The position numbers and the translations under genes are program-made. From Escherichia coli (lineage in GTDB: Bacteria > Pseudomonadota > Gammaproteobacteria > Enterobacterales > Enterobacteriaceae), in NCBI RefSeq assembly GCF_003018255.1, contig NZ_CP027440.1: a stretch of 64,000 nt of DNA. One strand, 5' to 3'. A model generated the notes under the pieces. The model did no database searches. It was not told the DNA's origin and was given only the letters and a program-made list of their open reading frames with translations. Numbering within the stretch: position 1 is the first letter of the stretch; the number at the start of each line of letters is the position of its first letter. Shown here one piece after another: positions 1 to 11,184 of the stretch.

Positions 1-597
1 GCAGGTCACGATATTCACGAACTGCCGTCTGGCGGTCGCGATCCGCTCTCCTATGATGATCCATTGCGTCAAATCACCCGCATGATCCAAAAATTCCCGA
101 AACCGATCATTTCGATGGTGGAAGGTAGTGTCTGGGGTGGCGCATTTGAAATGATCATGAGTTCCGATCTGATCATCGCCGCCAGTACCTCAACCTTCTC
201 AATGACACCTGTAAACCTCGGCGTCCCGTATAACCTGGTCGGCATTCACAACCTGACCCGCGACGCGGGCTTCCACATTGTCAAAGAGCTGATTTTTACC
301 GCTTCGCCAATCACCGCCCAGCGCGCACTGGCTGTCGGCATCCTCAACCATGTTGTGGAAGTGGAAGAACTGGAAGATTTCACCTTACAAATGGCGCACC
401 ACATCTCTGAGAAAGCGCCGTTAGCCATTGCCGTTATCAAAGAAGAGCTGCGTGTACTGGGCGAAGCGCACACCATGAACTCCGATGAATTTGAACGTAT
501 TCAGGGGATGCGCCGCGCGGTTTATGACAGCGAAGACTACCAGGAAGGGATGAACGCTTTCCTCGAAAAACGTAAACCTAATTTCGTTGGTCATTAA
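1..597 (+). CDS. scpB: Methylmalonyl-CoA decarboxylase (crotonase family), 5' end truncated by window edge
   Basis: Frame is open from base 1 and continuous with ORF 64..597; translation matches enoyl-CoA hydratase fold and the expected partner upstream of scpC. Confidence 0.85.
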   Translation, partial: AGHDIHELPSGGRDPLSYDDPLRQITRMIQKFPKPIISMVEGSVWGGAFEMIMSSDLIIAASTSTFSMTPVNLGVPYNLVGIHNLTRDAGFHIVKELIFTASPITAQRALAVGILNHVVEVEELEDFTLQMAHHISEKAPLAIAVIKEELRVLGEAHTMNSDEFERIQGMRRAVYDSEDYQEGMNAFLEKRKPNFVGH

Positions 598-620
598 TCC
601 CTGCGAACGAAGGAGTTAAA

Positions 621-2099
621 ATGGAAACTCAGTGGACAAGGATGACCGCCGATGAAGCGGCAGAAATTATCCAGCATAACGACATGGTGGCATTTAGCGG
701 CTTTACCCCAGCGGGTTCGCCGAAAGCCTTACCCACCGCGATTGCCCGCAGAGCTAACGAACAGCATGAGGCCAAAAAGCCGTATCAAATTCGCCTGCTG
801 ACGGGGGCGTCAATCAGCGCCGCCGCTGACGATGTACTTTCTGACGCCGATGCTGTTTCCTGGCGTGCGCCATATCAAACATCGTCCGGTTTACGTAAAA
901 AGATCAATCAGGGCGCGGTGAGTTTCGTTGACCTGCATTTGAGCGAAGTGGCGCAAATGGTCAATTACGGTTTCTTCGGCGACATTGATGTTGCCGTCAT
1001 CGAAGCATCGGCACTGGCACCGGATGGTCGAGTCTGGTTAACCAGCGGGATCGGTAATGCGCCGACCTGGCTGCTGCGAGCGAAGAAAGTGATCATTGAA
1101 CTTAATCACTATCACGATCCGCGCGTTGCAGAACTGGCAGATATTGTGATTCCTGGCGCGCCACCGCGGCGCAATAGCGTGTCGATCTTCCATGCAATGG
1201 ATCGCGTCGGTACCCGCTATGTGCAAATCGATCCGAAAAAGATTGTCGCCGTCGTGGAAACCAACTTGCCTGACGCCGGTAATATGCTGGATAAGCAAAA
1301 TCCCATGTGCCAGCAGATTGCCGATAACGTGGTCACGTTCTTGTTGCAGGAAATGGCGCATGGGCGTATTCCGCCGGAATTTCTGCCGCTGCAAAGTGGC
1401 GTAGGCAACATCAATAATGCGGTAATGGCGCGTCTGGGGGAAAATCCGGAAATTCCTCCGTTTATGATGTATTCGGAAGTGCTACAGGAATCGGTGGTGC
1501 ATTTACTGGAAACGGGCAAAATCAGCGGGGCCAGCGCCTCCAGCCTGACTATCTCGGCCGATTCCCTGCGCAAGATTTACGACAATATGGATTACTTTGC
1601 CAGCCGCATTGTGTTGCGTCCGCAGGAGATTTCCAATAACCCGGAAATCATCCGTCGTCTGGGCGTCATCGCTCTGAACGTCGGCCTGGAGTTTGATATT
1701 TACGGGCATGCCAACTCAACGCACGTAGCCGGGGTCGATCTGATGAACGGCATCGGTGGCAGCGGTGATTTTGAACGCAACGCGTATCTGTCGATCTTTA
1801 TGGCCCCGTCGATTGCTAAAGAAGGCAAGATCTCAACCGTCGTGCCAATGTGCAGCCATGTTGATCACAGCGAACACAGCGTCAAAGTGATCATCACCGA
1901 ACAAGGCATCGCCGATCTGCGTGGTCTTTCCCCGCTTCAACGCGCCCGCACTATCATTGATAATTGTGCACATCCTATGTATCGGGATTATCTGCATCGC
2001 TATCTGGAAAATGCGCCCGGCGGACATATTCACCACGATCTTAGCCACGTCTTCGACTTACACCGTAATTTAATTGCAACCGGCTCGATGCTAGGTTAA
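621..2099 (+). CDS. scpC: Propionyl-CoA:succinate CoA-transferase
   Basis: 492 aa ORF starting METQWTRMTADEAAEII, acetyl-CoA hydrolase/transferase family; follows scpB as in the sbm-ygfD-scpB-scpC operon. Confidence 0.9.
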   Translation: METQWTRMTADEAAEIIQHNDMVAFSGFTPAGSPKALPTAIARRANEQHEAKKPYQIRLLTGASISAAADDVLSDADAVSWRAPYQTSSGLRKKINQGAVSFVDLHLSEVAQMVNYGFFGDIDVAVIEASALAPDGRVWLTSGIGNAPTWLLRAKKVIIELNHYHDPRVAELADIVIPGAPPRRNSVSIFHAMDRVGTRYVQIDPKKIVAVVETNLPDAGNMLDKQNPMCQQIADNVVTFLLQEMAHGRIPPEFLPLQSGVGNINNAVMARLGENPEIPPFMMYSEVLQESVVHLLETGKISGASASSLTISADSLRKIYDNMDYFASRIVLRPQEISNNPEIIRRLGVIALNVGLEFDIYGHANSTHVAGVDLMNGIGGSGDFERNAYLSIFMAPSIAKEGKISTVVPMCSHVDHSEHSVKVIITEQGIADLRGLSPLQRARTIIDNCAHPMYRDYLHRYLENAPGGHIHHDLSHVFDLHRNLIATGSMLG

Positions 2100-2992
2100 T
2101 GACTCGTCCCGTCACGATCTTCAGCAATATGCTGAAGCATCGTGGCGGTATAACGATGATTTCTGATTGAATAAAGATATTCCTGCATATACATCGGCCT
2201 GTGCGGCGCATCAAAATATTTCAGCGTTGCCGGATTCACCAGTCGCCAGGCAAAATGCGGGATCACCGTCAGAAAATGTCCGCGCTCCACGGCGCTGATT
2301 TTGGCCATAAAACTGTAGGGACGATAAATAATGGTTGGATTGATCCCACAAGGACGCATATTCGCATCAATCATTGCTTCGAAGTTAGCCCGGTTCTGAA
2401 AGCGCATTTGTAGCCAGGGTAGCTCCTGAAGCAACTCTTGCTCTTGTCGCTCTTCATAACGACGAGAAACGAGAAAGCCCAATCGCAGCGGCGGTAGTTC
2501 ACTGATAGTCAGGTTTTCCAGTTCCTGAACTCGTGCAGATACATGCTGTGGGGAGATAATAAAATCTAACTGACGGTCAAAAAGATTATCGATAACGCCA
2601 TTTTCGCTGAACTCAACTGGCTGGGCGGTCACGCCTTCATACTTATCTCCGAGACTAATCAACTGATCGAAAATAATTGTCGGATAAGTATTATCTATGC
2701 CAATCACAATTTCTCGTGAACGACGCCCTGAGTTATGGATTTCATTATCAATCGCAGAAAGCCGTTGATAAACCGGGAACAGTTTTTGATACAGTTCCTG
2801 TCCGGCTTTATTGAGGCTGATATTATTATCTTTGCGGGTAAATAGCGTATAGCCAATTTGTTCTTCCAGCGCGGCAATGCTTTTACCAAATGGCGAAGCT
2901 GTCATATGGATTTTTTCTGCCGCCCGGGCAATATTATTGGTTTGCGCTAATAAAATGAAATTGCGCATCTTTTTCGAAATAAAAATGTCCAT
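2096..2992 (-). CDS. ygfI: LysR-family transcriptional regulator
   Basis: 298 aa; N-terminal helix-turn-helix typical of LysR regulators; convergent with scpC with 4 nt overlap. Confidence 0.85.
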   Translation of the reverse strand: MDIFISKKMRNFILLAQTNNIARAAEKIHMTASPFGKSIAALEEQIGYTLFTRKDNNISLNKAGQELYQKLFPVYQRLSAIDNEIHNSGRRSREIVIGIDNTYPTIIFDQLISLGDKYEGVTAQPVEFSENGVIDNLFDRQLDFIISPQHVSARVQELENLTISELPPLRLGFLVSRRYEERQEQELLQELPWLQMRFQNRANFEAMIDANMRPCGINPTIIYRPYSFMAKISAVERGHFLTVIPHFAWRLVNPATLKYFDAPHRPMYMQEYLYSIRNHRYTATMLQHIAEDRDGTSH

Positions 2993-3159
2993 ACCCCCTC
3001 CCCCGCATCCTTGTCCGCTTAACCGTTTCAGTCAGCCTATCCTTGATGAAACCGCGAGCAAAGATAGGTGATTACGTCATGGTTTTACAGAAAATTACAG
3101 AAAAAGGAGGCAATATCGGGTAAAGGCATTAGCCCGACGAATACGTCGGGCTACAAATA

Positions 3160-3900
3160 TTATTGTGCTGCAGGTGTTTTAGCGGGTTGTTGATCCACAG
3201 GTTCTAACTGGAAGACCACATCGACCTGATCATCAAACTGAATAGCGGCCTGCTCGTAAGTTTCCTGGGCGGACACCGGCGCGGCATCGGCTTTCATCAT
3301 CCGCACCATTGGGCTGGGCTGATAGTTGGAAACATGGTAGCGCACACTATATACCGGCCCCAGTTTACGATGAAAGCCGTTCGCCAGTTCCTGCGCCTGA
3401 TGAATCGCGTTATCAATCGCTGCCTTACGCGCTTTGTCTTTATAGGCATCCGGCTGCGCCACGCCCAGCGATACAGAACGAATTTCGTTAAGACCCGCCT
3501 TCAGCGCGCCATCCAGCAAGGAATTCAGTTTGTCTAACTGACGGAGCGTGACTTCCACCGTTCTCACAGCACGGTAGCCTTTCAGGATACTTTTACCATC
3601 CTGATAATCATAATCTGGCTGGGTGCGTAAGTTCGCTGAGCTGATATCTTTTTTCGCGATCTGATTGAGTTCAAGGAAGGAAATGTATTGTGCGACGCGC
3701 TCATCCGCCTGTTTCTTGGCAGTAGCGGCATCCTTCGCGGCCACGTTGACTTCAATCGCAAGAGTGGCAATGTCTGGCACCGCATCCACGCTTGCCGTAC
3801 CGGAGGTGACAATATGCGGTCCATCCGGCAATTCGTTAGCCTGCGCTGCCATCCCGCTAATACCCATTAATGCCGCCAGGGCGATAACTTTGAACTTCAC
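3160..3900 (-). CDS. yggE: Periplasmic oxidative-stress defence protein (SIMPL/DUF541)
   Basis: 246 aa with N-terminal signal peptide MKFKVIALAALMGISGMAAQA. Confidence 0.85.
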   Translation of the reverse strand: MKFKVIALAALMGISGMAAQANELPDGPHIVTSGTASVDAVPDIATLAIEVNVAAKDAATAKKQADERVAQYISFLELNQIAKKDISSANLRTQPDYDYQDGKSILKGYRAVRTVEVTLRQLDKLNSLLDGALKAGLNEIRSVSLGVAQPDAYKDKARKAAIDNAIHQAQELANGFHRKLGPVYSVRYHVSNYQPSPMVRMMKADAAPVSAQETYEQAAIQFDDQVDVVFQLEPVDQQPAKTPAAQ

Positions 3901-3992
3901 GTTAGTCTCTCCGTGTTAATTGACTTGCCTAAAATTCAGGACCTCTGGAGGCAAGCTTAGCGCCTCTGTTTTATTTTTCCATCAGATAGCGC

Positions 3993-4628
3993 CTAACTGA
4001 GCAAGGCTTGTGCATGAGCAATACCGTCTCTCGCCAGCTGCAAGGCAATAAACCACATAACACATCCCACTACCAGATTGATAATGCGCTGTGATTTTGC
4101 CGTGCGCAGGCGCGGTGCCAGCCAGGCTGCGAGAATAGCCAGACCAAAGAACCACAGGAAAGAGGCGCTAATTGTCCCGAGCGCAAACCAACGTTTTGGT
4201 TCCACATCAAGTTGCCCGCCAAGGCTGCCCAGTACAACAAAAGTATCCAGGTAAACATGCGGATTCAGCCAGGTCACTGCCAACATGGTGGCGATAATTT
4301 TCCATCTGCCTTGTTTCAGAACTTCGGCACTGGCTAACTCAATGTTACTGCTCATCGCTGTTTTAAAAGCGCCAAAACCATACCACAGCAAGAAGGCTAC
4401 GCCGCCCCAGGTGACCAGCGCCAGCAACCACGGCGACTGCATCAATAACGCGCTGCCACCAAAAATCCCGGCGCAAATCAGGACCAAATCGCTGATAGCA
4501 CAAAGTAAGGCAATCATAATGTGGTACTGACGACGAATGCCCTGATTCATCACAAAAGCATTTTGTGGGCCGAGCGGCAGAATCATAGCTGCCCCAAGAG
4601 CAAGACCTTGAAAGTAATAAGAAAACAC
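3993..4628 (-). CDS. argO: Arginine exporter, LysE family
   Basis: 211 aa multi-pass membrane protein with LysE-type hydrophobic profile. Confidence 0.85.
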   Translation of the reverse strand: MFSYYFQGLALGAAMILPLGPQNAFVMNQGIRRQYHIMIALLCAISDLVLICAGIFGGSALLMQSPWLLALVTWGGVAFLLWYGFGAFKTAMSSNIELASAEVLKQGRWKIIATMLAVTWLNPHVYLDTFVVLGSLGGQLDVEPKRWFALGTISASFLWFFGLAILAAWLAPRLRTAKSQRIINLVVGCVMWFIALQLARDGIAHAQALLS

Positions 4629-4766
4629 GTTGGATATTCCGAATTAAGTATCTGATGCAGAGACTATATCGCGGGATTGTTATTAGCGGAAATTGATAAT
4701 ATTAATTGGCAATCAGAAAAACTAATAAGAGAGAGGCCAGAGAGTATTATCTGGCCTCAGCGTTGA

Positions 4767-5627
<861 letters not shown>

Positions 5628-5769
5628 TCAATATTCCTTTTCAACTGACTCAAAATGGAGAAATACACTCCGCCGCCTTATGACGGGCAGTCTGACAAGG
5701 GTAAACAATAAAGCATAATTTTGCCAAATAGATCACAGATTTCTCATCTGCATCACCTTGCTTTTGGCG

Positions 5770-5793
5770 AAAAAAAGACCCGCAGAGCGGGCC
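5770..5793 (-). terminator. Putative rho-independent terminator downstream of fbaA
   Basis: Short GC stem cccgc/gcggg followed on the minus strand by a T-run (plus-strand A-run 5770-5776), about 25 nt after the fbaA stop. Confidence 0.4.
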
Positions 5794-5817
5794 TTGAGAT
5801 AAGCAGAAAGGAATGAC

Positions 5818-6897
5818 TTACAGAACGTCGATCGCGTTCAGTTCCTGGAATGCTTTTTCCAGACGAGCGATCATAGAAGTCTGACCTGCACGCAGCCATA
5901 CGCGCGGATCGTAGTATTTCTTGTTCGGCTGATCTTCGCCTTTCGGGTTACCCAGCTGACCCTGCAGGTAAGCTTCGTTCGCTTTGTAGTAGTTCAGAAC
6001 GCCTTCCCAGGTTGCCCATTGGGTATCGGTATCAATGTTCATTTTCACTACGCCGTAGCTTACGGAGTCTTTGATTTCCTGAGCAGTAGAACCGGAACCA
6101 CCGTGGAATACGAAGTTCAGGCTGTTGTGCGGCAGGTTGTGTTTCTTAGAAACATATTCCTGAGAGTCGCGCAGGATAGTCGGAGTCAGAACAACGTTAC
6201 CCGGCTTGTAAACACCGTGTACGTTACCGAAGGACGCTGCGATGGTGAAACGCGGGCTGATTTTGCTCAGCTCGGTATACGCATAATCAACGTCTTCCGG
6301 CTGGGTGTACAGTGCAGAAGCGTCCATGTGGCTGTTGTCCACGCCGTCTTCTTCACCACCGGTGCAACCCAGTTCGATTTCCAGAGTCATGCCGATTTTG
6401 GACATGCGCTCCAGGTATTTAGAGCAGATTTCGATGTTCTCTTGCAGAGATTCTTCTGACAGGTCGATCATGTGAGAAGAGAACAGCGGCTTGCCGGTAG
6501 CTGCGAAGTGTTTTTCACCCGCGTCCAGCAGACCGTCGATCCACGGCAGCAGTTTCTTCGCGCAGTGGTCGGTGTGCAGGATAACCGGAACACCATAATG
6601 TTCAGCCATCTGGTGAACGTGATGCGCACCAGAGATCGCGCCCAGGATAGCAGCACCCTGCGGAACGTCAGATTTCACGCCTTTACCAGCGATAAAGGAA
6701 GCACCACCGTTGGAGAACTGAACGATAACCGGCGCTTTAACTTTAGCAGCGGTTTCCAGCACGGCGTTGATGGAGTCAGTACCGACGCAGTTTACTGCTG
6801 GCAGTGCGAAGTTGTTTTCTTTTGCTACCTGGAAAACTTTCTGTACGTCATCACCAGTGATTACGCCAGGTTTTACGAAATCAAAAATCTTAGACAT
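5818..6897 (-). CDS. fbaA: Fructose-bisphosphate aldolase class II
   Basis: ORF track 5818..6981 trimmed to the ATG giving N-terminus MSKIFDFVKPGVITGDDVQKVF (359 aa); class II aldolase zinc-binding histidines present. Confidence 0.9.
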   Translation of the reverse strand: MSKIFDFVKPGVITGDDVQKVFQVAKENNFALPAVNCVGTDSINAVLETAAKVKAPVIVQFSNGGASFIAGKGVKSDVPQGAAILGAISGAHHVHQMAEHYGVPVILHTDHCAKKLLPWIDGLLDAGEKHFAATGKPLFSSHMIDLSEESLQENIEICSKYLERMSKIGMTLEIELGCTGGEEDGVDNSHMDASALYTQPEDVDYAYTELSKISPRFTIAASFGNVHGVYKPGNVVLTPTILRDSQEYVSKKHNLPHNSLNFVFHGGSGSTAQEIKDSVSYGVVKMNIDTDTQWATWEGVLNYYKANEAYLQGQLGNPKGEDQPNKKYYDPRVWLRAGQTSMIARLEKAFQELNAIDVL

Positions 6898-7110
6898 GTC
6901 TCTTGTCCTGTATCGTCGGGCCTTATACTCGTCATACTTCAAGTTGCATGTGCTGCGTCTGCGTTCGCTCACCCCAGTCACTTACTTATGTAAGCTCATG
7001 GGATTCACTCTCTTGTCGCCTTCCTGCAACTCGAATTATTTAGAGTATGAAAAAGTGCGTGCTTTAAAAGCGCGCTGCAACAAGGGCAGGTTTCCCTGCC
7101 CTGTGATTTT

Positions 7111-8274
7111 TTACTTCTTAGCGCGCTCTTCGAGCATCGCTACTGCAGGCAGTACTTTACCTTCCACGAATTCGAGGAATGCACCGCCGCCAGTGGAGAT
7201 GTAGGAGATTTTGTCAGCAATGCCGAACAGGTCGATTGCTGCCAGAGTGTCGCCGCCGCCAGCGATGGAGAACGCTTCGCTGTCTGCGATAGCGTTAGCC
7301 ACGATTTCAGTACCTTTGCGGAAGTTCGGGAATTCGAACACGCCAACCGGACCGTTCCACAAAATGGTTTTCGCATTCTTCAGGATTTCAGCCAGTTCCT
7401 GAGCGGAAGCATCACCGATATCCAGGATCTGCTCGTCAGCTTTCACATCGTTAACAGATTTCAGGGTAGCCGGTGCAGTTTCAGAGAACTCAGTTGCTAC
7501 ACGAACATCAGACGGAACCGGGATGTTGCAGGTGGTCAGCAGACGTTTTGCTTCGTCAACCAGATCAGCTTCGTACAGGGATTTACCCACATCGTGGCCT
7601 TGTGCCGCGATAAAGGTGTTAGCGATACCACCACCAACAATCAGCTGGTCAGCGATTTTAGACAGGGAGTCCAGAACGGTCAGTTTGGTAGATACTTTAG
7701 AACCACCAACGATAGCCACCATCGGGCGAGCAGGTTCTTTCAGTGCTTTACCCAGCGCGTCCAGTTCAGCTGCCAGCAGCGGGCCTGCGCACGCAACGTC
7801 AGCGAATTTACCGATACCGTGAGTAGAAGCCTGCGCGCGGTGAGCAGTACCGAATGCGTCCATTACGAACACGTCACACAGTGCAGCGTATTTTTTGGAC
7901 AGGGTTTCGTCGTCTTTCTTCTCGCCTTTGTTGAAGCGAACGTTTTCCAGAACAACCAGTTCACCTTCAGCAACGTCAACGCCGTCGAGGTAATCTTTAA
8001 CCAGACGAACCGGGTTAGACAGTTTGTCTTTCAGGTAGTTAACAACCGGCAGCAGAGAGAATTCTTCGTTGTACTCGCCTTCGGTAGGACGACCCAGGTG
8101 GGAAGTTACCATCACTTTTGCGCCTTGTTTCAGGGCAAGTTCGATGGTCGGCAGAGAAGCACGGATACGCGCGTCGCTGGTTACTTTCCCGTCTTTTACT
8201 GGTACGTTCAGATCCGCACGGATAAATACACGTTTCCCAGCAAGATCCAGATCGGTCATCTTAATTACAGACAT
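7111..8274 (-). CDS. pgk: Phosphoglycerate kinase
   Basis: ORF track 7111..8337 trimmed to the ATG giving [25 protein letters not shown] (387 aa). Confidence 0.9.
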
Positions 8275-8323
8275 GGTGAATCCTCTCGTTGATTCTAAAA
8301 GTTTTGCAGACGCTGCTTGCGTC

Positions 8324-9343
8324 TTACCTGAAAGCAACAGTAGCCATAGCTAACGTCGTGTCGAGCATTCGGTTAGCAAAGCCCCATTCGTTATCGCACC
8401 AGACCAACGTTTTGATCAGGTGTGCGCCACTAACCCGGGTTTGGGTGCCATCGACAATGGCACTGTGCGGATCGTGGTTAAAATCTACAGAGACCAACGG
8501 CAATTCCGTATAGTCAACTATACCATGAAATGCACCTTGTGCTGCTTTTTGCAGCAACAGGTTGACTTCATTGGCTTTTACAGGTTTCTTCACCGTCACG
8601 CTTAAATCGATTGCCGTCACATTTATGGTTGGCACACGTACCGCAATCGCTTCAAAGCGATCGTTAAATTGCGGAAAAAATCGTGTGATACCGGCGGCCA
8701 GTTTAGTATCGACCGGAATGATCGACTGGCTGGCTGCCCGGGTGCGACGCAGGTCAGGATGGTATGCATCAATAACCTGTTGATCGTGCATGGCGGAGTG
8801 AATTGTGGTCACAGTGCCGGACTCAATACCGTACGCATCATCTAACAATTTGATGACGGGAATTATGCAATTCGTGGTACAGGAAGCGTTAGAAACGATG
8901 CGGTGTTCCGCACGAAGTTGATCCTGATTGACGCCGTAAACAACGGTCGCGTCGAGATCGTTACTGCCAGGATGTGAAAAGAGCACTTTTTTGGCCCCGG
9001 CGGCAATATGCGCTTCGCCATGCTCGCGGGAGCCATATACGCCGGTGCAGTCGAGGACTACATCAACGCCAAGTTCACGCCAGGGGAGCGATTGCAGTGA
9101 ACGTTCATGCAATACACGGATGGCGTCATCACCAACAAAAAGTTGATCGCGTTCCTGTCGTACTTCCCATGCAAAACGGCCATGGCTGGTGTCATATTTC
9201 AACAAATGCGCCATGCCCGCAGCATCCGCCAGTTCGTTGATTGCCACCACGGTAATTTCCGCCCGGCGTCCGGATTCATACAAAGCACGAACCACATTAC
9301 GCCCGATGCGACCGAAGCCATTTATCGCTACGCGTACGGTCAT
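8324..9343 (-). CDS. epd: D-erythrose-4-phosphate dehydrogenase (GAPDH family)
   Basis: ORF track 8324..9427 trimmed to the ATG giving [23 protein letters not shown] (339 aa); NAD-binding GFGRIGR motif; epd-pgk-fbaA arrangement. Confidence 0.85.
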
Positions 9344-9627
9344 AGATCTCCTGCAAGGTTTTCCCTGAGCAAATTTGCCAGACAGAGTAATCCAGCAAAT
9401 CGTCCGGGGAAACCTTACCTGTCGCAAACTGCGACTGATTGGTTAATTGTCGAACATTTAATCGACTGAAACGCTTCAGCTAGGATAAGCGAAACGTGGA
9501 ATAAAAGGAATGATTGTCCAGTCAAAGAAGACATTTATCTGACTTACATCACACTTTTATCCCCTTTTGTAGGGGGCTTTATTCCAGGCTGGCGTAATAA
9601 TACCCCTGCAATAACTGGAATAAATTG

Positions 9628-10341
9628 TCAGCTTTTGAAGTGATATCTGCCTTCTTCGGTCATCTCTAATATCAGATTGGCCTGACGACTATTCACCAGC
9701 ACACGCTCGACATTGGGACCATCGGTTCGGGCATAAAAAGCTTCGGCTTCTTGCCGCGATAATCCTCCCGCAATTTTACGACTAATCAAGCGCTCCCGCA
9801 GAATTTGAGCAGGTGCATGAATAAAAATAGAAAAATCGCAGAAAGATGCCAACTCCTGCCACTTTTCATCATCCAGTAATAGCCAGTTTCCTTCGACGAT
9901 GACGAGGGGTGCGGTAACGTGCAGCGCATCTTCAACAGGATCATGCTTTTGTCGATCGTACTGCGGCCACGTACAATCCCCTTCCACAACCCGGCACAGA
10001 TTTTCCGCCAGTTTCGCAACGTTGAATGTCTCTGGTGCGCCTTTGAAGGGGCGCAATTGATGCGCATCCAGCCAGCTATTGTAATGGTGAAAACCATCCA
10101 TCGGCAGCGTCTGTATAGCGGGTAGTTCCGGGTCTTGTTGCGCGAGATATTCCCAGAAGGTGGTTAGGGTAGATTTACCCGTCCCCGGCGGAGCGCAAAG
10201 AAAAACCACCGTACGCCGCTGCGGATTTACCGTCTGTAAGGCCGCCAACATGCGCAGCAACGGTTTATGTACATTTTCTATCTCATCAACATGGTACTGT
10301 GCTTGTACCTTCAGACCATTCACCGTTAATTCAATTTTCAC
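9628..10341 (-). CDS. yggC: P-loop NTPase, uridine/pantothenate kinase-like
   Basis: 237 aa with Walker A motif APPGTGKST. Confidence 0.8.
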   Translation of the reverse strand: MKIELTVNGLKVQAQYHVDEIENVHKPLLRMLAALQTVNPQRRTVVFLCAPPGTGKSTLTTFWEYLAQQDPELPAIQTLPMDGFHHYNSWLDAHQLRPFKGAPETFNVAKLAENLCRVVEGDCTWPQYDRQKHDPVEDALHVTAPLVIVEGNWLLLDDEKWQELASFCDFSIFIHAPAQILRERLISRKIAGGLSRQEAEAFYARTDGPNVERVLVNSRQANLILEMTEEGRYHFKS

Positions 10342-10847
10342 GGCGTTAATTCCTTTAAGGTGGTCGTTACTGCCAGCGTCAGCGCCGTTTTGACCATCCC
10401 GCTAAAACGCGCCTCTGACCAGACGGCGAAATCGGCGAACTTCATCGCTTTCAACGCGTCATAGAGAGTCGCATTGCGGGTTATGCTATTGACGTTGCTT
10501 ATAAAATCCCAGGTCATGTCATCGGCAAATCCGGGCGTTTCATCCTGTTCGTTCAGGTAATGCCAGAACTGGGAAAAATGCGTGATATCGGCGTACAGCC
10601 ATTTATCCATTTTCCCCAGCGCATAAATCAAACGCAGCGCAACATCAATATCGTCAAGCGGGCCGCTTTGGGCGAGTAACGGCTTCACTGCATATTCGAC
10701 GATCTCTTCATCATTATCGACAAACAGCGACGGCAGAAACTGGCGTATCCCCTGGAGCAAAATAGAATGCGCAGTTTTCATAAATGAAAATAAATTGTCC
10801 TGTGCCTCCAGTTGCTCAAGCACATCATCTTCTGTCAGCGTCGCCAT
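10338..10847 (-). CDS. yggD: MtlR-like protein / fumarase E
   Basis: 169 aa ORF MATLTEDDVLEQLEAQDN; 4 nt overlap with yggC. Confidence 0.75.
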   Translation of the reverse strand: MATLTEDDVLEQLEAQDNLFSFMKTAHSILLQGIRQFLPSLFVDNDEEIVEYAVKPLLAQSGPLDDIDVALRLIYALGKMDKWLYADITHFSQFWHYLNEQDETPGFADDMTWDFISNVNSITRNATLYDALKAMKFADFAVWSEARFSGMVKTALTLAVTTTLKELTP

Positions 10848-10868
10848 TGGTCTTCCGATAGATCACCA

Positions 10869-11184
10869 TCAATGCAGGGAGTCTATTATATTACACGTTT
10901 GGTCCGCGCCGCCGATCAGTAATGTCTGCGTCCGCACCCCATTCGCCGTCTGTTGGATACCGTTCACCAACTCGCCGCCCGTCACGCCCGTAGCGCTAAA
11001 GAGGATATCGTTCCCCCTCGCCGATAACCACTCGCCCACGAAAAGCGACGTCGTTTAATGCCTGGCGCATCGCGGTGACCGCCAGGCCATCAATTTTATT
11101 TTTGTCGCCACATCCGGTTTGCGGCCAGGCAGCCAACGCTGCCTGTTCCGTAACGCGAAATAATGGCCACGCCAGGGACATCAT
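10869..11184 (-). pseudogene. yggF: Internally deleted remnant of GlpX-family fructose-1,6-bisphosphatase
   Basis: 62-aa ORF (10996..11184) matches the GlpX N-terminus through ...VVIGEGE then hits a stop; a second frame at 10869..10990 encodes a GlpX-like C-terminus TGVTGGELVNGIQQTANGVRTQTLLIGGADQTCNIIDSLH*; about 650 bp of central coding sequence is missing relative to a ~321 aa enzyme. Confidence 0.6.

Noticed and set aside
5818..6981. N-terminally extended ORF-track models (fbaA, pgk, epd, tktA, loiP, speA, metK, galP, sprT, rsmE, yqgE, ruvX, yggR, yggU, rdgB, yggL, mutY, nupG, speC, sslE)
   Set aside because: The longest-ORF extensions add residues with no RBS and do not match the known protein N-termini; starts were moved to the internal ATG with a Shine-Dalgarno and the canonical N-terminal sequence.
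7084..7101. Hairpin gggcagg-tttc-cctgccc between pgk and fbaA as a terminator
   Set aside because: The T-run is on the plus strand, where no gene is transcribed towards it; on the pgk strand it is preceded rather than followed by the U-run. It may be an RNA processing or stability element of the epd-pgk-fbaA transcript, but the evidence is insufficient to call it.
7594..8292. 232-aa plus-strand ORF
   Set aside because: Antisense within pgk; a shadow ORF.
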